Position numbers and translations under genes: made by a program
Assembly: GCA_963743805.1 (NCBI GenBank)
Contig: CAVUQY010000005.1
Span: forward strand, 1,075,505 to 1,139,504
Origin: an uncultured beta proteobacterium
GTDB lineage: Bacteria > Pseudomonadota > Gammaproteobacteria > Burkholderiales > SG8-39
Direction: 5' to 3'
Length of the DNA stretch: 64,000 nt
Shown here: piece by piece, positions 44,294 through 54,981 of the stretch
How the letters are laid out: every line of letters begins with the position of its first letter
Numbering within the stretch: the stretch's first letter is position 1
The notes under the pieces: model-generated
The model's database searches: none
Seen by the model: only the letters and a program-made list of their open reading frames with translations
Told to the model about the DNA's origin: nothing

Positions 44294-45385
44294 ATGAACG
44301 AATTCCACATCGTGGTCCTTCCCGGCGACGGCATCGGCGTCGAGATCATGGACGCCTGCCTCGCCCTGCTCGATCAGGTCGTGCCGAAGGCGGGCGGCTT
44401 CCGCCTCCGGTTCGAGCGCCATGCGGCCGGCGCTGCGCACTACCGCGACACCGGCGTCGCGTTTCCCGATGACGCCGCGCAAGCGTGCGAGAAGTGCGAC
44501 GCGATCCTCTTCGGCTCGATGGGACTGCCGGACGTCCGCTATCCGGACGGCACCGAGATCGCGCCGCAGCTCGACCTGCGCAGGAACCTCGACCTCTACG
44601 CCGGCGTGCGCCCGATCCGCGCGATCCCCGGCGTCCCGCTGCCGCTGGCCGACCCGCGCGCGCGCGACATCGACTTCGTGCTGGTGCGCGAGCAGAGCGA
44701 GGGCTGGTTCTACGGCCGCTATCACCCGACCGCCGGGCCGGTCTCGAGCGACGACATGGCCTACGACATCGGCCGCATCACGCGCAAGGGCTCGGACCGG
44801 CTCTTCGAGTTCGCGTTCCGCCTCGCCGCGCAGCGCAAGCGCCGCAACCCCCGGAAGGGCCGCGTGACCTGCGTCGACAAGGCGAACGTGCACCGCGGCT
44901 TCGCGCTCATGCGCAAGGTGTTCTGGGACGTCGCGAAGCGCCATCCCGACATCGCCGCCGCCGATGCGTACGTCGACGCGATGGCGCTCGATCTCGTGCG
45001 CCGGCCGTGGGATTTCGACGTGCTGCCGACCGAGAACCAGTTCGGCGACATCCTCTCCGACCTCGGCGCGGCGCTCGTCGGCGGGATGGGCCTCGCGCCG
45101 TCGGCAGACGTCGGCGAGAAGCACGGCCTCTTCCAGCCCGCGGGCGGCACCGCGCCCGACATCGCGGGCAAGGGCATCGCGAACCCGACTGCCATGTTCC
45201 TGTCCGCGGCGATGATGCTGGAGTGGCTCGGCGAACGACACGGCGTCGCGCAGGCGGTCGAGGCGGCGCAGCGCATCGAGCGCGCGGTGGATCGCGCTTT
45301 CGGCGAGCGCAAGGTCCTGTCGGCCGAGTTCGGCGGCAAGGACGGCACCGCCGCGATCACGCGCGCGGTCGGCGAGGCGTTCTGA
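44294..45385 (+). CDS. Beta-decarboxylating dehydrogenase (isopropylmalate/tartrate/isocitrate DH family)
   Basis: LPGDGIG.E, VDKAN, VDAMA and ENQFGDILSD motifs. Confidence 0.88.
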   Translation: MNEFHIVVLPGDGIGVEIMDACLALLDQVVPKAGGFRLRFERHAAGAAHYRDTGVAFPDDAAQACEKCDAILFGSMGLPDVRYPDGTEIAPQLDLRRNLDLYAGVRPIRAIPGVPLPLADPRARDIDFVLVREQSEGWFYGRYHPTAGPVSSDDMAYDIGRITRKGSDRLFEFAFRLAAQRKRRNPRKGRVTCVDKANVHRGFALMRKVFWDVAKRHPDIAAADAYVDAMALDLVRRPWDFDVLPTENQFGDILSDLGAALVGGMGLAPSADVGEKHGLFQPAGGTAPDIAGKGIANPTAMFLSAAMMLEWLGERHGVAQAVEAAQRIERAVDRAFGERKVLSAEFGGKDGTAAITRAVGEAF

Positions 45386-45395
45386 AGCCGCGACG

Positions 45396-46435
45396 ATGGC
45401 GAAGCTCCGGGTCGCCGCAGCGGGTGCGGGCTACTTCAGCCAGTTCCAGTATCTCGGCTGGCGCAACATGGCCGAGGTCGAGCTGGTCGGCCTGTCGAAC
45501 CGCGACCGCGCCAAGGGCGAAGCGATGGCCGCGCGCTACGGCGTGCCGCGCGTGTTCGGCGAGTTCGAGGAGCTGCTCGACGCGACGCGGCCGGATCTCG
45601 TCGACATCATCACGCCGCCGCCGACGCACCGCGCGTTCGTCGCCGCGGCGGTGGCGCGGCGCATCCCGGTGATCTGCCAGAAGCCGTTCGGCGAGAGCTA
45701 TGCCGACGCCGTCGCGATCACCGAGGCGGCGGAGCGCGCCGGCGTGCCGCTCGTCGTGCACGAGAACTTCCGCTGGGAGCCCTGGTACCGCGAGGCGAAG
45801 CGGCTGATCGCTGCCGGGCAGCTCGGGACGCTGCACAGCGTCGCGTTCCGCCTGCGCCCCGGCGACGGCCAGGGGCCGCGCGCGTATCTCGACCGCCAGC
45901 CGTACTTCCAGACGATGCCGCGGTTGCTGGTCGTCGAGACCGCGATCCACTGGATCGACACCTTCCGCTACCTGATGGGCGAGGTGCACGCGGTCTACGC
46001 GCGGCTGCGCAGGATCAACCCGGTGATCGCGGGCGAGGATGCCGGCTACATCGTGTTCGAGTTCGACGGCGGCGCGACCGGGCTCTTCGACGGCAACCGC
46101 CTGAACGATCACGTCGCCGCGAACCCGCGCCGCACGATGGGCGAGATGTGGCTCGAGGGCTCGGGCGGCGTGCTGCGCCTCGACGGCGAAGCGCGCCTGT
46201 GGTGGAAGCCGCACCACCGGGACGAGGTCGAGCACCGCTACGACAGCGGCCCGGCCGACACCTTCGGCGGCGGCGCGTGCGAGTGGCTCCAGCGCCACGT
46301 CGTGCGCCACTTCTGGACGGCGCGCCGCTCGAGAACACCGCGCGCGAGTACCTCGCCAACCTGCGCGTGCAGGAGGCGGTGTACCGCTCGAGCAGCGAAG
46401 GAAAGCGCATCGAACTGGCCGGGTTCCGGCCGTAG
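45396..46435 (+). CDS. Gfo/Idh/MocA family oxidoreductase (apparent frameshift near 46315)
   Basis: GAGYFS, DIITPPPTH, CQKP, HENFR and IHWID; C-terminus continues as LENTAREYLANL in another frame. Confidence 0.88.
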
Positions 46436-46459
46436 CAGTCCAGCCCGAGGAGGAAGACC

Positions 46460-47470
46460 ATGAAACGTCGATTCGTCATGAAGCAGATCGCCTGCGCCGC
46501 GCTCGTCGCGGCGACGCTGGGCACCGGCGCCGCGCAGGCGCAGACGGTGCTCAAGTTCAGCCACACCGACCAGCCGGGCGGCGCGCGCCAGGCCGCCGCG
46601 CTGATCTTCGCCAAGAGCGTGGAGAACTACAGCCAGGGCCGCGTCAAGGTGCAGGTGTTCCCGGCCGGGCAGCTCGCCAACGACCCGAAGGCGGTCGAGC
46701 AGCTGCAGCTCGGCGGCATCGACCTCACCGTCACCGGCACCGGCACCTACGCGACGCACATCCCCACGCTCAACCTGATGCTGATGCCGTACCTCGTCGA
46801 CACCTACGACCAGGGCTGGAAGCTCTACGACGACTCGGCCTGGGTGAAGAAGCAGTTCGACCAGGGGCCGTCGAAGGGCTTCAGGTTCCTCGCCACCTGG
46901 GAGGCCGGCTTCCGCTCGATGACGACCAAGGGGCCGCTCAACACCCCGGAGGACGCGAAGGGCAAGAAGCTGCGCACCTATCCGAACGAGATGCAGCGCT
47001 GGCTGCTCGAGGCGATGGGATTCACCATCCAGATCCTGCCGGTGACCGAGGTGTACCTCGCGATCCAGCAGAACGTCGTGTGGGGGCAGGAGAACCCGAT
47101 CGACACGATCTACGCCAACAAGTTCTACGAGGTCGCGCCCAACGTCACGCTGACGCAGCACGTCTACAGCCCGATCCCGATGACGATCTCCGAGAAGACC
47201 TGGCAGAAGCTCTCGCCCGCGGACCGCGACGCCGTCACCCGGGCGGCGCGCGAGACCGCCGCCTGGATCCGCAAGGAGATTCGCGCCAACGACGAGCGCC
47301 AGCTCGCCGACATGACCGCGAAGGGCGCGAAGGTCGCGCGGCCGTCGCTCGAGCCGTTCCGCAAGTCGGTGCAGCCCGCGTACGCGAAGGCCAAGGAGAA
47401 GTACGGCGCCGATGTCGATCAGGTCCTGGCCGAGGCGGCGGCGATTCGCAAGGCAATGCCGGCGAAGTGA
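46460..47470 (+). CDS. dctP: TRAP transporter substrate-binding protein DctP
   Basis: Signal peptide; VFPAGQL, GFR, KGKKLR and GQENP motifs. Confidence 0.92.
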   Translation: MKRRFVMKQIACAALVAATLGTGAAQAQTVLKFSHTDQPGGARQAAALIFAKSVENYSQGRVKVQVFPAGQLANDPKAVEQLQLGGIDLTVTGTGTYATHIPTLNLMLMPYLVDTYDQGWKLYDDSAWVKKQFDQGPSKGFRFLATWEAGFRSMTTKGPLNTPEDAKGKKLRTYPNEMQRWLLEAMGFTIQILPVTEVYLAIQQNVVWGQENPIDTIYANKFYEVAPNVTLTQHVYSPIPMTISEKTWQKLSPADRDAVTRAARETAAWIRKEIRANDERQLADMTAKGAKVARPSLEPFRKSVQPAYAKAKEKYGADVDQVLAEAAAIRKAMPAK

Positions 47471-47477
47471 CCGGCGA

Positions 47478-48029
47478 ATGACCGCACAGACGGAAGCGGC
47501 GCGGCGCGCGGCACCCCGCGCGCTGCTGCCCGCCGGACCGGCGGCGCCGCTGCCGATCCGGTTTCTCGGCGCCGCCGTCGACTGGGCGGTCGTCGCGCTC
47601 GGCGCAGCGATGGTCGCGCTCGTGTTCGTCAACGTCGTCTTCCACGTCTTCGGGGGCGATGTCGCCTGGACCACCGAGCTCTGCGAGTTCATGATGGTCT
47701 GGGTGACGTTCCTCGGCGGCGCGGCCGCGACGCGGCGCGGCGCGCACATGCAGATCACCGAATTCCTCGACAAGCTCGGTGGGCTGCCCCGTCGCTGGGC
47801 GGACGCGGCCATCCAGGCGCTCGCGCTGTTCGTCCTGGGGCTCCTCGTCTGGTTCGGCCTCGGCATCGTGGCCGCGAGCCGGGGGAACATCCTGACGGTG
47901 CTCGACTGGCCGATGTCGTGGCAGTACCTCTCGCTTCCGGTCGGCTCCGCGGCGACGTTCGTCTTCGTCGCCTGGGACCTGGTCCAGATCGCCCGCGGCC
48001 GGCCGGCGGCGGAGCGATACGGTGCCTGA
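47478..48029 (+). CDS. dctQ: TRAP transporter small permease DctQ
   Basis: 4 TM helices; WTTEL..WVTFLG..RRGAHM. Confidence 0.88.
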   Translation: MTAQTEAARRAAPRALLPAGPAAPLPIRFLGAAVDWAVVALGAAMVALVFVNVVFHVFGGDVAWTTELCEFMMVWVTFLGGAAATRRGAHMQITEFLDKLGGLPRRWADAAIQALALFVLGLLVWFGLGIVAASRGNILTVLDWPMSWQYLSLPVGSAATFVFVAWDLVQIARGRPAAERYGA

Positions 48030-48030
48030 G

Positions 48031-48117
48031 GTGAAACCGATGCCGGAGGCAGCGCTTTCCCTGGCTTCGGGGAGCACGAGGGGGCGCCGCGGAGCGGCTT
48101 TGCCCCCTCGTGTCGTG
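48031..48117 (+). repeat. 87-bp structured intergenic repeat, copy 3 (between dctQ and dctM)
   Basis: Reverse complement of copies 1 and 2; begins 1 nt after the dctQ TGA. Confidence 0.9.
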
Positions 48118-48128
48118 GCGACCTGACG

Positions 48129-49416
48129 ATGTTCGCGGTCCACATCTTCGTCGCCTTCTTCGTGCTCGCGCTCGCGGGCATTCCCGCTGGTGTACGCCCT
48201 GCTCGTCACGACCATCGGCATGATCTGGGCAAAGGGCCTCTCGCACCCGCTCGAGACGATCTTCCTCAGCTACATCGGCGGCGTCGAGCCGTTCATCCTG
48301 ATCGCCGTGCCGCTCTTCGTCTTCGCCGGCGAGCTCCTCTCCCAGGGCGGCGTCGGCAAGCGCATCGTCGAGCTCGCGCGGGTGCTGTTCGGTTTCCTGC
48401 CGGGGGGACTCGGCGTCGTCACCGTCGCCTCGTGCCTGATGTTCGGCGGGGTGTCGGGGTCGGCGATTGCCGACACGGCGGCGATCGGCTCGCTCGTCAT
48501 CCCGACGATGATCCAGCGCGGCTACTCGCGCGCGTTCGCGGCGGCGCTGCTTGCGGTCGCCGGGACGCTCGCGCTCCTGATGCCGCTCTCGATCCCGTTC
48601 CTCGTGTACGCCTTCATCTCCGGCGTGTCGATGCGGACGCTGTCGATGTCCGGGTTGATTCCCGCGTTCATCTCGGCGGCGGCGCTCGTCGCCGTCTGCG
48701 TCTGGTACGGGAAGACGAGCGGCTGCGACTCCGGGTCCGAGCGCGCCTCGCGGGCCGAGATCTGGCGAGCGTTCAAGGCCGCAGGACCGGCGCTCCTGAT
48801 GCCGGTCATCATCGTCGGCGGGATCTGGTCGGGCTATTTCACCCCGACCGAGTCGGCCGCGGTCGCGGTCGTCTACGGGATCGTCGTGTCGCTCTTTCTG
48901 TACGGCGACATCACCTGGCGCGATCTCCCGCGGCTCCTCCTCAGCGCCTTCCAGACGAGCGCGGTGGTCATGCTGGTGCTCGGCGCGACCGCGGCGATGG
49001 CGTGGCTGCTCACCGCCGAGCAGGTGGCGATGCAGCTCGCCGAGTGGGTCAAGGTCGTGGCGCACGAACAATGGATGTTCCTGCTGCTCGTCAACCTCTC
49101 GCTGCTGCTCCTCGGCATCTTCATCGAGCCGCTGCCCGCGCTGCTGCTGACCGCGCCCCTGTTCCTGCCGCTCGCAAAGGTGTTCAACGTGGATCTCGTT
49201 CACCTCGGCGTCGTAATGACCGCGAACCTGGCGATCGCGCTCTACACCCCGCCGGTGGGCGGCACGCTCTTCGTCGCGGCCAAGCTCGCGAACGCCGGGA
49301 TCGGCGCGATCACGCGCGCCCTCGTGCCGCTGATGACGGCGACGGTGCTGGTGCTGCTGCTGATCACCTACGTGCCGGCGCTGTCGACGACGCTGGTGCG
49401 GCTGATCCTTTATTGA
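48129..49416 (+). CDS. dctM: TRAP transporter large permease DctM (apparent frameshift near 48185)
   Basis: LIAVPLFVFAG, FGGVSGSAIAD, FTPTES and TPPVG motifs. Confidence 0.9.
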
Positions 49417-49429
49417 GTCGGAGGCGCAC

Positions 49430-49720
49430 ATGTACGTTCTCGTCGTGGATTTCGTGGTGAAGCCGGAGCACGTTCAGGCCTTCACCGCGGAGATCGTGAA
49501 GAACGCGCGGGCGTCGCGCGAGACCGAAGCTGGCTGCCGGCAGTTCGATGTCTGCGTCGCGCCCGACGATCCCGCGAAGATCGTTCTGTACGAGGTGTAC
49601 GACGACAAGGCGGCCTTCGAGGCGCATCTGAAGACGCCGCACTTCCTCGCGTTCAAGCCGAAGCTCGAAGCGTGGCTCGAGGTCAACAAGGTGCGGTTCT
49701 TCTCGCGCCTCGATCCCTGA
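49430..49720 (+). CDS. Antibiotic-biosynthesis-monooxygenase (ABM/LsrG-like) protein
   Basis: EAGCRQFDV..LYEVY..AFEAHLKTPHF. Confidence 0.85.
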   Translation: MYVLVVDFVVKPEHVQAFTAEIVKNARASRETEAGCRQFDVCVAPDDPAKIVLYEVYDDKAAFEAHLKTPHFLAFKPKLEAWLEVNKVRFFSRLDP

Positions 49721-49721
49721 T

Positions 49722-50520
49722 CTAGTCAGCCCGGCACGCACCCCCGAATCGCGTGCGCACGCGCGGAATACTCGATCCCGCCGTCCGCACTGTATCGGCA
49801 GTCCTTGCCGCACCGCCTCCTTCAATCTCGCGCACTCGCCGGCCGTCATCGCGGCAATGATCCTGGTAGTGGGGTAATAACCGGGCGTCTGCGCCTGCCA
49901 GAAGTCGTCGAAGCCGGTGTACCGTAGCGCCACTTCGATGGATCGGGTGGCCACACTTTCGAAATCCCGCGTCCCGAAATAGCGATTCGAGCGCGTGCAG
50001 GCTCGAATCCTTCGTACCGGGCAAGTTCCGGAACATCGGTACCGAACCGCCGCATCCCGACGCGCAACGGCCCACTGGGAGAACGTTCCGCCGCGAAGTC
50101 CCACACGTAGCCGGCAACGATGCCGCCCGCGCGGGCGACGCGGCGCATCTCGCCGAGCGCCCGGGGCCGATCGGGGATGAAGTTGATGACGAGCGCGGCG
50201 GCGACGACGTCGAAGGCGCCGTCGGCGAAGGGCAGCGCCTGCGCATCGCCCACTCGGAAGTCGGCTCGCCGTGCCACCGGCTGACGGCGCGCGTGGTCTA
50301 TTTGCGCGCTCGACGGGTCGACGGCGCACACGGTGGCGGGCGCACACGTTTCGACCACTAGCTCGGTGAACACGCCGGTGCCGCAGCCCACTTCGAGCCA
50401 GCGCGCGCCCGACGGCGGCGCCACCCAGTCAAGGAACGTGGGCGCGACGGCACGGCTCCAGCGCCCCATCGCACGCTCGTAGGCCGCGCTGTCGTCGAAG
50501 TTGAGCGATTGTTCCGCCAT
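49722..50520 (-). CDS. Class I SAM-dependent methyltransferase (apparent frameshifts near 50020 and 49760; 3' end approximate)
   Basis: AYERAMGRWS, LEVGCGTG, GDAQALPF and AGYVWD; continuation FDDFW in another frame. Confidence 0.75.
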
Positions 50521-50567
50521 GGCTAATGCCAGGTCTTCCTGGACATCCCCGCGGCAGTCCGGCGTCG

Positions 50568-51536
50568 TCACTCCGACTTGAGACCAATCGTCTTCACGAG
50601 CGCCGCATTGATGCCGACCTCCGTTCGGACCAGCGCGTCGAATTCCTGCGGCGTCATCGCCATCGGCTCGACTCCCAGTGCGGCCAGCTTCTCCCTCAGC
50701 GGTGGCGATTGCAGCGCCTTGGTCGTTTCGGCATAAAGCTTGTCGACGATCTCGCGCGGGGTCTTCGCCGGCAGAAAGAGGCCGAACCAGATCGGATACT
50801 CGGCGTTGGCGTAACCGGCTTCCTGAGTCGTCGGCAGATCGGGGAGCGCGGCGGAGCGCTTGCTGCTGTTCACCACGAGCGCAGTGAGCTTGCCCTGCCG
50901 AACCTGCGGCAGTACGAGCCCGACGGGTCCAAAGAAGAAATCTACCCGCCCGGCGATCACCTCGAGCATCGCTTCCGCACCGCCCTTGAACGGCACGTGC
51001 GCAGCGTCCACGCCCGCACTGAAGCGGAAGCGTTCCGCGCTCAGGTGCGTCGCAGTACCGACGCCAACGGAGGAGAAGTTGAACGTGCCCGGCTTCGCCT
51101 TGGCCGTCGCAACGAATGCGTCCACCGACTTGAAGCCCTTCGCGGGCGATACGACCAGGACGACCGGCGAGATGCCGAGCGGGACCACCGGGGTGAGATC
51201 TCGCGCCGGGTCGTAACTCAGGCTCGAATACAGCGACGACGCAATCGTGTACGCGGAGCTGTGCGCGAGGATCGTATAGCCGTCCGGATTCGCCTTGGCG
51301 ACGTAGCCGGAACCGATCGTCCCGCCTGCGCCGGGACGGTTCTCCACGACAATGCTCTGGCCGATCTGCGGCACGAGGTGCTCGGAGACCGCACGCGTGA
51401 CGATGTCGGCAGTGCTGCCGGCGCCGACAGGCACGATCACTCGGAGCGGCTTCGTCGGCCAAGTGTCCGCTCCGGCGTTCAGGGCGGCAAACGCGAGGGC
51501 GACGGCTGGCACGAGCATCAAGCGGTGGCGTTTCAT
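50568..51536 (-). CDS. TTT substrate-binding protein (Bug/TctC), orphan
   Basis: WPTKPLRVIVP..GSTAD, VENRPGAGG and HVPFKGG motifs. Confidence 0.92.
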   Translation of the reverse strand: MKRHRLMLVPAVALAFAALNAGADTWPTKPLRVIVPVGAGSTADIVTRAVSEHLVPQIGQSIVVENRPGAGGTIGSGYVAKANPDGYTILAHSSAYTIASSLYSSLSYDPARDLTPVVPLGISPVVLVVSPAKGFKSVDAFVATAKAKPGTFNFSSVGVGTATHLSAERFRFSAGVDAAHVPFKGGAEAMLEVIAGRVDFFFGPVGLVLPQVRQGKLTALVVNSSKRSAALPDLPTTQEAGYANAEYPIWFGLFLPAKTPREIVDKLYAETTKALQSPPLREKLAALGVEPMAMTPQEFDALVRTEVGINAALVKTIGLKSE

Positions 51537-51638
51537 TGTCGTCTCCTCGTCTCCCGGTTCCCGCGGCATCGCATCGATCCCCGCGCAGCTTGGGTTCGGG
51601 AGTCATCCATTGCCAATACTATGTTTCGATGATCGTTC

Positions 51639-51653
51639 ATGCCGCAATGGCAT
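51639..51653. promoter_or_regulatory. LysR T-N11-A box ATGCC-GCAAT-GGCAT
   Basis: Dyad immediately upstream of lysR in the divergent region. Confidence 0.6.
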
Positions 51654-51664
51654 AGACTCTCCGC

Positions 51665-52627
51665 ATGAAGCTGGGGCACATGCGGACGTTCGTCGCTGTC
51701 GCCGAGGAAGGGACGGTCTCGAAGGCGGCGCTGCGCCTGCGCATTGCGCAGCCCGCGCTGTCCCGCCAGATCAGCGATTTCGAAGACGAGCTCGGGCTCC
51801 GGTTGTTCGATCGTGTGCGGCGACGGCTGGTGCTGACCGGCGAAGGCGAACGTCTGCTCGGCGACTGCCGCAGCATCCTGGCCGCGACGGAGGCGCTCGG
51901 CGAGCGGGCTCGCATGCTGAGCCGCAGCGATGCCGGCATCCTCAAGGTGGCGGCTACCATGCTCGACGACGTCTTTGGTACGTTTCTGCATCGCTATGCC
52001 GAGCGTTTTCCCAACGTGCAGATCGCGTTGAGCGACATGGTCGGTCCCGCCGACCTGTTTGCGCGGCTGGAAAGTGGCGAGCTGCATCTGGGTATCGGCT
52101 TGCTTCGATCCCTTCAGGCCGAAACTCACCAGTTCGGGAGCTTTCCGCTGCCGTCGATCGAGTTTCTCGCCGCCGGCCATGCATCGGTACCGCTCGGGTC
52201 CGCGGGCAGCATCGAGGTCGCCAACCTTTCCCGTTTCCCGCTCCTGCTTCTGACGCCCAGCTTCGAGGTCCGCAAATCGTTCGATGACGCCTGCCGCGTC
52301 GCAGAACTCAAGCCGAGGATCTTCATGGAGAGCCGCCTCTCGCACACCCTGCTGGCGCTCGCCGAGTCCGGGCACGGGGTGGCGATCGGGCCTTCCACTC
52401 TGCCCGTCGATCGCTACCGGCTGCGCGTCTCACGCGTGGTGCACCAGGGCAAGCCATTGCGGGAACCGCTGGCGGTCATGTGGAACCGCCATCGCGCACT
52501 ACCCCGTTACGCCAGGGACTTCTGCGAACTGCTCGATGCCTACATGCGCGAGGTGTTTCCGAACCTGCACGCGCCGGCGCGGATGCCGGCGGACACGGCA
52601 CGACGGGCGAGCCTCCGCCGCAGGTAG
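51665..52627 (+). CDS. LysR family transcriptional regulator
   Basis: FVAVAEEGTVSKAA.RLRIAQPALSRQI..E.ELG.RLF.R HTH. Confidence 0.92.
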   Translation: MKLGHMRTFVAVAEEGTVSKAALRLRIAQPALSRQISDFEDELGLRLFDRVRRRLVLTGEGERLLGDCRSILAATEALGERARMLSRSDAGILKVAATMLDDVFGTFLHRYAERFPNVQIALSDMVGPADLFARLESGELHLGIGLLRSLQAETHQFGSFPLPSIEFLAAGHASVPLGSAGSIEVANLSRFPLLLLTPSFEVRKSFDDACRVAELKPRIFMESRLSHTLLALAESGHGVAIGPSTLPVDRYRLRVSRVVHQGKPLREPLAVMWNRHRALPRYARDFCELLDAYMREVFPNLHAPARMPADTARRASLRRR

Positions 52628-52688
52628 CCGCGAGCTCGAGGCGTCGCGTCGCAGGTCGCCCGGCGATCGATCCGCGACTAGGGGCCGG

Positions 52689-53869
52689 TCAAACCACGCC
52701 GCGCCGGCGCAGCGCCGCGATCTCGTCGGGCGAATAGCCGAGGTCCGCGAGCACGAGATCGGTGTGCTCGCCGACGGCGGGGACGGCCCCGACCGGCGCC
52801 TCCTCGTCGGTCCACGAGCCGGGCAACCGCAGCGTCGGCAGCGGACCAGCGGGCGAGGCCATCTCGCGCCAACGATTGCGCGCGGCGAGTTGCGGGTGCG
52901 CCCAGACGTCGCGCATCTCGTTCACCGTCGCGTTGCCGATGCCGGCGGCGTCGAGCCACGCCACCACCGCCGCTGCGGGCCGCTTCGCGAAGACCTCGTC
53001 GATCACCGGCGCAGCGCCGCGCGATTCGTCGCCCGCAGCACCGGGCTCTGAAACCGCGGATCGGCCTTCAGCGCCGGCCGCTCGAGCACCTTGTCGCAGA
53101 ATGCTTGCCACTCGGGCTCGTTCTGCAGCCCCATCATGATCGTGCGCCCGTCGCCGCACTTGAACGGCCCGTACGGGAAGATCGTCGCGTGCGCCGCGCC
53201 GCTGCGTGGCGGCGGCGGCTGGCCCTCGTGCGTGTAATAGAGCGGGAACCCCATCCACTCGGCGAGCGCCTCGAGCATGGAAATCTCGATGCGCCGTCCG
53301 CGGCCGGTGCGCGCGCGGTCGTAGAGCGCCGCAAGGATCGAGCTGTACGCGTACATCCCGGCCGCGATGTCGGCAATCGAGATGCCGGCCTTCACCACGT
53401 CGTCCGGCGTGCCGGTCACCGACAGCAGCCCGGCCTCGGATTGCACGAGGAGGTCGTAGGCCTTCTTGTCGGAGTACGGTCCGGCCTCGCCGTAGCCGGA
53501 GATCTCGCAGAGGATCACCGACGGGTTCTTGGCAGCGAGCGCGTCGTAACCGCAGCCGAGCCGCGCCGCCGCGCCCGGCGCGAGATTCTGGATCACCACG
53601 TCGGCGCGACGCACGAGGCGGTCGAGCACCTCGAGCCCCTCGGGTGCCTTGAGATCGAGCGCAATGCTCTGCTTGCCGCGATTGGTCCACACGAAGTGCG
53701 ACGAGAGCCCGCGCACCCGCTTGTCGTAGCCGCGGGCGAAGTCGCCGCCGCCGGGGCGCTCGATCTTGATGACCCGCGCGCCGAGGTCGGCGAGGTGCCG
53801 CGTCGCGAACGGCGCGGCGATGACGTGCTCGAGCGCGACGACGGTCACGCCGGAGAGGATTCCGCCCAT
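52689..53869 (-). CDS. CaiB/BaiF class III CoA-transferase (apparent frameshift near 53005)
   Basis: LADLGARVIKIE..GDFAR, NRGKQS, ISGYG, YDLL and IADIAAG; C-terminal P.VGEHT in another frame. Confidence 0.9.
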
Positions 53870-53882
53870 GCCCCGCTCCCGA

Positions 53883-54897
53883 TCAGTGCTGGATGCAGAC
53901 CTTGCCGAAGTGCGCGCCGCTCTTGAGGTAGGCCATCCCCTCCTTCAGCGCTTCGAACGCGAACACCCGGTCCACCACCGGCTTCAGCTGGTGCTGGTCG
54001 AAGGCGCGCAGCATCGCCTCGAACCCGTCGCGATGCCCGACGGTGATGCCCTGCAGCCGCACGTGGCGCGTCACGACCAGGCCGAGCTGCAGCGCCGCCG
54101 TGCCGCCCGAGACCACGCCGATCATCGACAGCGTGCCGCCCGGGACGGATGCAGCGCAGCGACTGCGGCAGCGTCTGCTCGCCGCCGAGCTCGACGATGT
54201 GGTCGTAGCCGCGCCCGCCGGTGATCTCGCGCGACGCCTTCGCCCACTCCGGCGTCGTGCGGTAGTTGATCGCGGCGTCCGCGCCGAGCGCCTTCGCCCG
54301 GGCGATCTTCTCGTCGCTCGACGAGATGACGGTGACGTGCGCGCCGAAGAGCTTCGCGATCTGCAGCGCGAAGAGCGCGACGCCGCCGGTGCCCTGCACC
54401 AGCACGCGCGCACCGGGCCGCAGGCGCTCATCGGTCACCAGCGCACTCCACGCCGTGAGCGCGGCGCACGGCAGCGTCGCCGCCTCGAGGTCGCTCAGGT
54501 ACGCGGGAATCTTGACCACGCCGTACTCCGGCAGGCACACGAGTTCGGCCATCGTGCCGTCGACCGGGCCGCCCATCGTCTTGGTGATGCGCTCGAGATC
54601 GGGCTCGCCCGCGATCCAGCCCTGCTGGAAGCACGGACCGGCGCGGTCGCCGACTTTGACCCGCGTGACGCCCGCGCCGACCTCGACCACCTCGCCGACG
54701 CCGTCGGACAGCGGGATCAGCGGCAGGTTGCCGGTGAACGAGCCGTACCCGCGGTTCGGCACCAGCAGGTCGCGATAGTTGAGCGCGGCGGCCTTCATGC
54801 GCATCAGCACCTCGCCGGGGCCGGGTTTCGGCTCGGGGCGCGTGGCGAGCTGGAGGTGATCCATGCCCCAGTCGCCTTGAATCTGGAAGACTTTCAT
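53883..54897 (-). CDS. MDR-superfamily NAD(P)-dependent oxidoreductase (apparent frameshift near 54145)
   Basis: LNYRD, IPLSDGVGEV, TLPCAALTAW, QGTGGVA and HFGKVCI motifs. Confidence 0.88.
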
Positions 54898-54981
54898 CGC
54901 GGATCTCGTTCGGGCCGGAGAGCGCCGGATTGTCGCAGATCGGCCCGGCCTCGCGCAGAATAGCGGCCGAGGAGAACGCCC

